From NCBI GenBank assembly GCA_049999805.1, contig JBNGIO010006236.1:168164-203631 (forward strand): DNA of 35,468 nt, read 5' to 3'. Position 1 is the stretch's first letter; the number at the start of each line of letters is the position of its first letter. The notes under the pieces are model-generated. The model did no database searches and was not told where the DNA came from. It worked only from the letters and a program-made list of their open reading frames with translations. The position numbers were made by a program, and so were the translations under genes. The stretch comes from Folioceros fuciformis (lineage: Eukaryota). Below are positions 1-9,384 of this stretch, one piece after another.

Positions 1-84
1 CCGTTTCCAGGCATGACAAGTTGCACGGATCCAACCATGGTTAGCCAGCGCGACAGGGCTCCCCTAACCTCGGGTCAGGAAAAC

Positions 85-310
85 GTCCGGCCCACCGTGC
101 TTGGCGCTGCGCAACGGGCGCATCGGCGATCGGATCGCGCCTGTGGGCCCGCGCCTGAGTGACCACCACCCTGCCCTATCTCATTTCGTGGCCCCAATTG
201 CGGGCCCAATTCGGGCTCTCCAAGTTCCAACCCAGCCAGTAACCGGAAACGCGCGGGGGCCGGGCCAAACCGCGCCCTCCCAGATCCCGTTCGGCCCCTG
301 CATTGGGGCC
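85..310. promoter_or_regulatory. GC-rich promoter-like segment with clustered site II (TGGGCC/GGCCCA) elements, probably serving a gene off the left edge
   Basis: GGCCCA at 89-94 and 203-208, TGGGCC at 144-149, plus further GGGCC/GGCCC variants. A minus-strand ATG at 38 opens MVGSVQLVMPGN, which runs off the window. Confidence 0.4.
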
Positions 311-709
311 TCAGATCGACACACACAAGGTCCTGTTTCCTTTCTAGATCTCCCGTTCGCTGACTGTGTCAGCCTCATTGGCCGCCTGAGCTGGTATGCT
401 CTCTCATCTCCATCCGCTAGGGCCATGCAAAATTTCTGTCATTGTCGTCATTGCAATCATATGCTCCCATGGTTCTCACGGGTACAGTCCAAGCAGGCGG
501 CCAAGCAAAGCACGCGCAGAGGCCTGATCACAACAGGGAGTTTATCATGGAACTCCATCCAGCGCAGGCCCCAGATGGCTGCGCTCCGCGTTTTCATTGG
601 GCAACCAAAACAGTGCCTCTCTGTACATAAACTATGGCACAGCTAACAACAGAAGCAGGAGCTGAGGCTGGGTCTGAACCCAGCTGGAGCTGGAGGAAGT
701 CCGTCCCAG

Positions 710-3515
710 TCAAATCAGGTAAGGACTATCCAACACGCCGTAGCCAGCCACAACTCCTCCCTCGGAAGAGGAGGACACCTTGGTTCGCACCAGGTGACCT
801 GTTTGCCGGTTCACAAGGACTCTCTCTCCTTGTCTGCGACTCACAACAGCCCACTGTTAATGCTCCAGTAATCAGGCAGCATCATGCCCCCCTACGATCA
901 TGGCCAACACCGACGCTTACCGGAGGTAAGCACCGTAGATCCCCACTTCCGACACCGTCTCGTACATGTTCCATGTACCTTGTCGTACCAAGTATGTCAT
1001 GTGAACAGGCGGACAAATTCTCTGCTGAAGGATGTATGCTGCCAGTCCGCTGCCGCCACCCGCTTTCAGCTCCGATAGCGTCCTCCTCATATCCTCGCCG
1101 TATAGGTTGTTTCCTGCCAGACAAACAACATTAAAATGTGGGAAAACTTGTAAAATCGAGCCCCCATTCTGCGACAAGCGAAGGGACCTCACCTCCACCC
1201 TCTCGCTGAGGCTTGAGAACGAATTTGTCTGGATCAGAGATTGCTTGCTCGATAATTGCCTCAGCGCCTTCGTCTTCCAGACCCCACAGACCACCGAAAC
1301 ATCTCCGAACTTTCCTAGCATCAGCAGCACTAGGCAAAAATCTGAATGGGACCATCCCCATGGAATAATATCAGTCCATACGTCACAAGGTGATGCTCGT
1401 CCCCATGGCAGCAGCGCGTACAATTTTACCACTTACCTTTCAACAACACCAGGCTTTGCTAACTCCTGCTGAACCTTCTTGGTTCCAGCTAAATGGTAAG
1501 CGATGGAGGGGCACTTGATGGCTCTTGATCTTTCCAGCAGCAGCCTAGCAACCCATTCCTGCACTCAAGTCATGTTGTACGTCTCAAGCACATGCTGGGA
1601 TGTGGCTGCCTGGTCAACACTGAGAGGACGACACTTTGTCAAAGACAAGACATCTAGCGAGCAGAACTGAATGCGCAAAAAAGTCACCGATTCAGACGGG
1701 TAGTCAGTGGGGGTGTATCCAGCTCTGAAATAAACCACAGACACAGCTTCCTCCTCACTGCAAGCACGCCCACACTGGTGTTAGGGGTTCAAACACATAC
1801 ACATATACGCGTAGTGAAAAGGGACATGAAGAATCATACATGAGCAGAGTGCCGTCATCGTCGATAGTCCCTTGCTCATGTATCTCTGTTAAGGTCCTCC
1901 GGATGGATCGCACTCCATATGTTCTTATCTGTCAAGGTGTAACCTCTACGGGGCTAGTCATGTTGGACATGCGCACCCTCACCAAAACTGCAGGGATCTT
2001 CTCGAGAATAACAGAAACAGCTTAAAGAGATTCAAAGCTCAAAAACAAGAGGATATGAATCATACAGCCGGAAAGCCAGCCAATGTTGATCATACATGTT
2101 CTTTTCGTCAGGCTGCACAACGAAAAGCACTGCTGCACTGACAGTGCAAATTCAGTGTCAGTAAAACGTCCAAGCTGGCCCTCCATGTGAGCATCCATCA
2201 AAAAAAAGCCCTTGTAAGTGAAAGGAAAGCACCTCTTATGGCCATATGCATCCCAAGCTAAGGCCAATGCTTCTGCATATCCATGATCGGCTTTGTTATC
2301 AGGGACCTTACTGCATTCCAAGATGCTGCGGTCTCCAAGCTGGCCAACCAGGTATCTAATAAAAAATATCACACGTGAGAAGACAGGAATTTTGAGGAGC
2401 TCATCCAATCAGATCAGTCAGGGAGCTTGGACGCTACTTGTGCAGAGAACTGATGAGAGGAGCAAGACCAGCAAACGAGGAAGAAATGGTATTGATCTCC
2501 ACTTGCAGAAGTAGTCCAGTTGGCATGTCAAGCATATAATCTGAACGGTTCAACCCCAAAACAACCTCCTGGAACCACGTAAGTGCCGTAGAAGAATCAG
2601 GGGAGGGCAACCGACTCATCCCGCAAGCATTACCAAGCAGAAAGCATGAACCACAAAATACATACCGGCTTCAACTCCGCACTTCTAACACTGGCATGGA
2701 TATCGAGTAATCTGTCCGTAAAGGGGTCAGCCAATCGCGTTCTGCAACATCGAATCCTCCAACAAGCATTGTCAGCAAGGTGGCTTTTTGGGCTTCCTAT
2801 GCCAGAAGTGCTCACGACTGGAGGATTGGCAACAAACCTGGCATGTACTTGTTCCAAGAACTCTCCGTCAGCAGCCACCCTGTCCACAAGCGTGTTGAAA
2901 AGAGGTGCCAGCTCCACGGCCTCGAGGAAAGCATCTTTCGTCATAGGAGCAGGCAGTAGCGACAACGGTGCATGTGCAAGGCCAACACCTGGAATCTTGC
3001 CAGAATTCTGCCTTCCAAGAACAGTCCCAAAAAATGCAGCATTAGACCCCAAACAGAACAATTAGACCACAAAATTCCACCCATACAAGCATGCACAACC
3101 GTCCCAATACCTCCACATTCTTGTCTCCCACCACAAGCCCGTGCAGAGAAGCCCACACCAAGGCATCTTCCACAAGACTAGCAGCAACCTCAGGCGGAAC
3201 CAATCCCGTAGACTCCAGATTCACATCTGCGGCAACAGGCGGGCCGCCGTGGCCTTCAGAGCCGGAGGCAGGCGTGCGGGGAGCTGTGTCAGTTGCCGCC
3301 TCCATTGCCTTCCCCACAGCTCCGCTCCTCAAATGCCAATGCCGCCGGGGAACAAAATCCTGAACCAAATGAACTCCGTTCCAGGCATCTACCCCCACAT
3401 CTCCGGCTTGAAGCGCCACAAAACCTCGCCTCAGCCTGCAAGATCGGCTGCTGAGAGCCGGCAGAGCATAGGACAGGGCAGGGCTGGCGACTCGGGGTGC
3501 TGCATCCAGGCTCAT
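710..3515 (-). CDS. GSH2: Glutathione synthetase (eukaryotic type) with N-terminal transit-peptide-like extension, 12 exons
   Basis: Exons 3515-3111, 3007-2838, 2741-2666, 2568-2438, 2355-2233, 2137-2057, 1920-1840, 1757-1688, 1558-1437, 1341-1193, 1113-921, 833-710 join in frame. Motifs: [92 protein letters not shown]. Confidence 0.95.
1921..2056 (-). other. U12-type (minor spliceosome) AT-AC intron, GSH2 intron 6, 136 nt
   Basis: Minus-strand 5' end ATATCCTC, branch point CCTTGAC (1937-1931) 10 nt from the intron 3' end, terminal AC. Removal joins ...[17 protein letters not shown] in frame. Confidence 0.92.
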
Positions 3516-3534
3516 GACTCGACTCGACTCGACT
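3516..3534. repeat. (GACTC)n pentanucleotide microsatellite immediately 5' of the GSH2 ATG
   Basis: gactc gactc gactc gact abuts the CAT at 3513-3515. Confidence 0.7.
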
Positions 3535-4450
3535 AGCTTCGCTTTCTGAACTCCACCCGCCCCAGCTCAACTCGTGCTTGCCTGCCGCCGCATACGATAA
3601 TCACGGCGTTAGAGCACAGAGATCAGCTCGCACTTGCCTTCGCTGGACCACTCAGTGGCTCCACGGAAGGCTTGCCACATGTAGGAATCTGCAGTGCATC
3701 GGACAAAGTGTCCCGGACAGGACTAGTAGTTGCTCAAGGGATACGTCTCCACGTCAGTTACGTGTTTCCAGTTTAGTCTACATATTTTTACAAACACCTG
3801 ATAAAGGACGCTTCCCCCCTAGCGATGCATCGGCTCTGTTTATGCGGGTGCCTGTGAGATCCAGCGGTGCTGCAAAGCGACAGAGATTGTAAGCTTTCAG
3901 TCTTGCACACCTCCTTGCCCATGCCGACAACTTGGGGCCTGTGAAAGTGTTCAGCATTGTTGGAGCTTAGTTCCCCATTTCCTGACAATCGTGGTCTGTT
4001 TCCAGCTTGCATCTCAGAGAAAAATCACATTCTCGACGAGGTATAACCCTTACGATGAAACCGGTATGGACGACCATAAAATTTTTCATTGCGAGGGGCT
4101 GATGGCTCATCGGGTGTCAGCCAGTAGTCCCTTTCCAAGATCCATGACGTGGGCGATGTTGGGCGCTGGTAGAGGCACAGAGAGCATCAACGCTTGTTAG
4201 CAGTTCCATGGTCTGGTTTAATACCATGGAGGAAGAGGGCTTTTCGTTGCTACCAGAAGTGGGGATGTTCTGGATGTATCAACGATTGGTTACATCCTGT
4301 CTCCCTTGGTCCCTTCATCCTGGTGGCGTGCCTGGACTTGATGGGAAGTCCTGCTCGACGAGCCCACTGGAAACGCTCGCTCCGGGCTGAGAACTGACTT
4401 AACGTCGGCAGTGGTCTTATGGTGCCGACTTATATAAAGTTGGCGGGCCG

Positions 4451-7400
4451 ATGAGGTTTATGTGGATCCTTTTGCAGAGATGCGTCCAGCGGACAGCCCT
4501 GGCAATGGGCAAGCAGCATCCATGGGGTGCTAACTCTGGCTTCCATGCCAACATGTCCGTGAGCTTTCGATCCACGTGGCATTCAGTTCAGGGGAAAGGA
4601 GGCGTACGTGAAGAAAGCGGTCAGTCATGGTCCACGTTGATATCAAGGTACGTCAAGGACGGGAAGCTGCGGGAGAGCATCACAAGTTACAAGCACATGG
4701 TTAACCAGGGCATGAAGCCAGACAAGTACACTATTCTGAACTTACTCAAAGCCTGTGGCAGCTTGGCAGACCTGAGACTTGCAAGATGGATGCACAATGA
4801 AGTCGCGAAGTACAAATGGGATACAGATTTGTTTGTGGGGAATTCCGTAGTTGCGATGTATGCAAAATGTGGAAGTATGACTGATGCTCAGCATGTGTTC
4901 GATACGTTGTGTCACCGCAACGTGGTGTCGTGGAATGCCCTGATTGCAGGTTACGCTAATCAGGAACAAGGGAAGAAGGCGCTGGAGCTCTACTCCCAGA
5001 TGCAACAGGAAGGGGTGAGAGCAAGCATCCGGACGTTTGTCTCAGTGCTGCAAGCTTGTGGCAGCTTAGCAGCTACACTGCATGGCATTGGGGGGCATGT
5101 GAATGCGTTGAAGGGAGATTGTTTAAAACTCGGGACAGAAGTTCATAACGAAATTCTAAGGAGGCATCTACAGGTCGATAATTATGTGGGCAATACTCTC
5201 GTCTATATGTATGCAAACTGTGGAAATCTGGTGGAAGCAGTAAATGTTTTTGACACCTTGTCTCATCGTGATGTAGTGTCATGGACAATATTAATGGCCA
5301 TTTATGCTCAGCAAGGTCAAGGCGAGAAGGCTCTGCAGTTGTATGCCCGAATGCAAGAGGAAGGTGTGAGACCTCAATCTCGAACTTTTGTTAGTGCACT
5401 GAAAGCTTGTAGTAACCTGGCGGCTTCTGAAGAGGCTGTGAAGGTGAATGGAAAACTTGTAAAAGCGCAGTGGCTGAAGAAGGGAAAGGGCATCCATGCC
5501 GATTTCCTTCAGGCTGGCTCTGAAATGGATGTTTATGTTGGCACCACTCTAGTCGACATGTACGCAATATGTGGGAGCATGGTGGATGCACAAAAAGTTT
5601 TTGATTCCATGCCTCGACATGACGCATTGTCATGGACTGCACTGATTCGTGGATATGCTCAGCAAGAGCAGGGAGGAGTCATTGCTGTGCAACTGTTTGC
5701 CGACATGCTCAAAGATGGTGTAGAACCCAACGCTCGGACATTTCTTTGCGTGCTGAAATCCTTGGGAAGCATTGCATCCATGGGCACGGCTTCTCATCTA
5801 ACAGGTCAGTCCCGGACATCAGAGTGCCTGCAGGAAGCCAGGCAGGTTCATGCCAAACTAGTGGAGGCGGGGCTTGGAGTCGACGTTTTTCTGTGCAACA
5901 CGCTTATTGACATGTATGCTAACTGTGGCAGCATGGAGGAGGCTAAGCAAGTCTTTGATGCCATGCCCGAGCGTGATGTTGTTTCATGGACAACAATGAT
6001 AGGAGGCTATGCCCAGCAGGGTCAAGGCGAGACTGCCCTGCAGGTTTTTGCCAAAATGGGGGAGGCAGGTGTCCGACCGAATGGTCGTACTTTTGTCAGC
6101 CTGCTCAAAGCATGTGGGAGCCTTGCAGTCTTTGAGCAAGCCACCATTGTAGAGGGCCTGCTTGTGAAACTGGGCTCCCTGCGAATGTTGAAGGCGATTC
6201 ATGAACAAGTCATAAGAAGCGGTTTTGAATCTGACATCTTTGTTGGTACGAGTCTTCTTGGCATGTATGTGAACTGTGGATCAATGGTGGATGCAGTTCG
6301 CGTGTTTGATGCTCTGCCATATCGAGATGTGGTTTCATGGACAGCAATGATTTCTGGGTATGGACAGCAGGGGCAAGCTGAGACGGCCTTGCAACTCTTT
6401 TCTCGCATGAAGGAGTCAGGAGTTGCACCAGACAGATGGACCTTCACGAGCGTGCTGAAAGCGTGTGGAAGTGAGGCAACCAAGGAGCAAGCTTTGGCTG
6501 TGGATGGGCAGTCAGTCAAAGTGGTGTGCCTGAGCAAGGGCAAGATAATTCATGCTGAAGTCCTGAAGAGAGATTACGGATTGGATGCGTCGGTTGGCAG
6601 CGGTCTTGTTACGATGTACGTCAACTGTGGGAGCATGTCAGACGCTTGGCTTGTGTTTGAATCTTTACCGGAACAGACCGTGGTTTCATGGAATGCTATG
6701 TTAGCTGGATATGCTGAGCAGGACGAGGGTCAAAATACTCTGACCCTGTTCAACCAGATGCTAGAGGCCAACGTCAGGCCTGATAACTGGAGCTTCGTGA
6801 GCACTCTAAGGGCATGTAGCAGCCTGGCTGCCACGGAACAAGCTACCATTTTCAATGGGGAAACTGTGAAACTGGGGTCCCTGCGAAAGGGAAGGTGGGT
6901 ACACTCTCAGGCTGTCAACAGAGGCTTGGAGAGGGATATGTTTGTGGGCACGGCTCTGATTGACATGTATGCAAAGTGTGGGAGCATGAGAGATGCGCAG
7001 CATGTGTTTGACGGATTGCCGCACCGTGATGTGGTATCCTGGAATGCATTAATACTGGGATATGCGCAGCAAATGGATGGCACTAGGGGCCTGAAACTCT
7101 ACGCTGAGATGCAGGCAGAGGGTGTTAGACCAGACGGCTGGACGTTTGTGAGTGTGCTAAAAGCATGTGGCAGCCTTTCAGACACGGAGACAGCCAAGGG
7201 CAGAAAGTTGTTGAAACCCGAGTCCATGCAGAAAGTGAAGGAGATCCAAGCTGAAACCGTGAGAAGAGGACTTGCAAGTAACATCCATGTTGCCAACACT
7301 CTGATTGACACATACGCTGATTGTGGATACATGGAAGATGCGGAGCATGTCTTCGAGTCCCTGGACCGACGTGACGTGGTCTCATGGAATGCGATGATGG

Positions 7401-8353
7401 CAGGCTATGCACAGTGTGAAGAAGGTGCAAAGTCGATGCAGATCTATCTCCAGATGAAGCAGGAAGGCTTGAGACCAAACGAAGCCACCTTTCTGTGTGC
7501 TCTGAAGGCCTGCAGCATGACGGGATCCCTAGATAGCTGCTCACAGATCCATCAAGACTGGACAGAATCGGGACTCCCTTGGAGCACTGATCTGGCCACC
7601 ACCCTGGTCCACGCCTACGGGAAGTGCGGGGACATGGTTCGTGCCCGCACAGTGTTCAACAGCGCTGAGGATCCTAATATCGCTCTTTGGAACTCACTTA
7701 TCACAGGATACTCCGCGCAAGGAGAGTGCCAACAGTGCTTCCAATGTTTGCACGACATCAAGCAGGCGGGACTTCATCCCACCGGCGCCACATACGCTCC
7801 CATCCTTGCTGCGTGCAGCCACGCCGGCCTGGTGGAGGAGGGCCGCAACCACTTCCAGTCCATGACGCAGCATCACGGCATCACTCCAACCATCGAGCAC
7901 TACGGCAGCATGGTCGATCTCTTCGCCCGCGCCGGGCTCTTCGATGACGCCGAAGCCCTGCTCTCCACCATGCCCATGCAGCCTGACCTCCCGATGTGGT
8001 CCTCCCTTCTGGCCGCATGTCGCATGTCCGGCAACATCCCTCTCGCCAGCCGCGCGTTCCAACGCGCTGTCATCCTCGCTCCCTCCTCCAGCTCTCCGTA
8101 CATCCTCATGTCCCAGATCTACGCTCAGGCCGACATGCGAGAGGAAGCCGAGAAGGTGGAGCGTCTAAGACAGCGCACTGGCGCCTGGAAGGAACCCGGA
8201 ACCAGCTGGTTGGAGGACGCCGGTCTCATGCATGCGTTTGTGGTCGGCGATCGCCGGCCGCGATGCCAACGGGATGCGCCTGTCTCCGGGCTCTTCAAAC
8301 TGTCGAATGAAGCGGAAGACACAACCTCGGGGAGGCGAATGAAACGTGGATAA
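4451..8353 (+). CDS. PLS-class pentatricopeptide repeat protein, E+ subclass (PG box, no catalytic DYW), with seven elongated L motifs; putative organellar editing specificity factor
   Basis: Single 1300-aa ORF with 10 P-L-S triplets (VVSWNALIAGY / TFVSVLKAC / LVDMYAKCGSM), the last being P2-L2-S2 (ACSHAGLVEEG, EHYGSMVDLFARAG), then E1, E2 and PGTSWLE...HAFVVGD. Ends before any HxE/CxxC. The start Met is uncertain. Confidence 0.93.
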   Translation: MRFMWILLQRCVQRTALAMGKQHPWGANSGFHANMSVSFRSTWHSVQGKGGVREESGQSWSTLISRYVKDGKLRESITSYKHMVNQGMKPDKYTILNLLKACGSLADLRLARWMHNEVAKYKWDTDLFVGNSVVAMYAKCGSMTDAQHVFDTLCHRNVVSWNALIAGYANQEQGKKALELYSQMQQEGVRASIRTFVSVLQACGSLAATLHGIGGHVNALKGDCLKLGTEVHNEILRRHLQVDNYVGNTLVYMYANCGNLVEAVNVFDTLSHRDVVSWTILMAIYAQQGQGEKALQLYARMQEEGVRPQSRTFVSALKACSNLAASEEAVKVNGKLVKAQWLKKGKGIHADFLQAGSEMDVYVGTTLVDMYAICGSMVDAQKVFDSMPRHDALSWTALIRGYAQQEQGGVIAVQLFADMLKDGVEPNARTFLCVLKSLGSIASMGTASHLTGQSRTSECLQEARQVHAKLVEAGLGVDVFLCNTLIDMYANCGSMEEAKQVFDAMPERDVVSWTTMIGGYAQQGQGETALQVFAKMGEAGVRPNGRTFVSLLKACGSLAVFEQATIVEGLLVKLGSLRMLKAIHEQVIRSGFESDIFVGTSLLGMYVNCGSMVDAVRVFDALPYRDVVSWTAMISGYGQQGQAETALQLFSRMKESGVAPDRWTFTSVLKACGSEATKEQALAVDGQSVKVVCLSKGKIIHAEVLKRDYGLDASVGSGLVTMYVNCGSMSDAWLVFESLPEQTVVSWNAMLAGYAEQDEGQNTLTLFNQMLEANVRPDNWSFVSTLRACSSLAATEQATIFNGETVKLGSLRKGRWVHSQAVNRGLERDMFVGTALIDMYAKCGSMRDAQHVFDGLPHRDVVSWNALILGYAQQMDGTRGLKLYAEMQAEGVRPDGWTFVSVLKACGSLSDTETAKGRKLLKPESMQKVKEIQAETVRRGLASNIHVANTLIDTYADCGYMEDAEHVFESLDRRDVVSWNAMMAGYAQCEEGAKSMQIYLQMKQEGLRPNEATFLCALKACSMTGSLDSCSQIHQDWTESGLPWSTDLATTLVHAYGKCGDMVRARTVFNSAEDPNIALWNSLITGYSAQGECQQCFQCLHDIKQAGLHPTGATYAPILAACSHAGLVEEGRNHFQSMTQHHGITPTIEHYGSMVDLFARAGLFDDAEALLSTMPMQPDLPMWSSLLAACRMSGNIPLASRAFQRAVILAPSSSSPYILMSQIYAQADMREEAEKVERLRQRTGAWKEPGTSWLEDAGLMHAFVVGDRRPRCQRDAPVSGLFKLSNEAEDTTSGRRMKRG

Positions 8354-9384
8354 AGCGCAATTTTTTTTTGTAGTATGTTTTTTCGGGTTTGTGCGGGTTT
8401 CACGACCGGTTCCAGTATGTAGAATGTTGTACCTGCTGTGCGCGCAATGTATGCTCCCCGATGCACGACACGATAGCAAAATATTGAAGCATGGATGAAA
8501 GCCTGGAAAGGATAATGCGGCGATGGTAGGCTGCGAGCCTCCTTGCTGGCGGCGTGGGGCGTTTTTTTCCAACCAAATGAGGCTCATCCACTCTAGGCGG
8601 CGGGTGAATCGTGACGTGGTGCGTAAATATCTCATCCTGGGGGATTTATTGGTTTTATATTGTGCAAGATTCGAGCCCGCCCTGCAAGGTCGGCCACATT
8701 CTCAATGATTGACTGGACTCGGATGTTTCATGTAGCCAAGGTGTTGGGGGAGGAAGGGGAAGAGGAGATGCGGATGGGCCCCATGGTCGATAGTACCGAG
8801 CTCACGATTGGGGTTGCCAGGGGCTGCTCACAACCTGGCCTGCGCCTCCTCCTGTAGCACTCTCTGCCCCGCTGCCGGTTAAACTCGCATCTCCGGGGTT
8901 GGGCAGTCGCCTCCAGCTGCCGCCGTCCAGTCCAGCAGGAGCTGCTGCAGCCTAGCCATGGCTTCCGGGCCACGCTGCAGCGGGTGCAGCACTTCGCTTT
9001 ATAGTAGTCGCCGCTTGGCAGGAGGCACAGGCGGCCGGGTCAGGTAATGCTGTGCAATGCGGGGGGTCGTGGTGCGAATGCAAGCTTGTTTGTTGTTTTG
9101 TGGTGTTGGGTGGTGCTGGAGGCGTGGATTCGAGAATGGGTGGTTGTGGAGGTCTGCATTTGGGCCTGGAAGCTGATCGTGGTATGGCGATGGTTTTCAG
9201 ATTTGGGAGTTCATCGGATGGCCGGACCCGGGTCTGGGTGAACGTTGAGTGAGCGAGTGTTGTGGGAGTGTGACGAGTGGGTGCACATTTCATGGAAACT
9301 AGCAAAAAAAAGGGGTCATGGATGGCTGCAGAATTTCCTTCCAGTAGGTGAAGCATTGGGAGATTGTGGTGAGGAAGGGAGGTG

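Noticed and set aside
101-646. 181-aa plus-strand ORF and overlapping ORFs
   Set aside because: Non-ATG start, no recognisable domain, lies in GC-rich promoter and GSH2 3' sequence.
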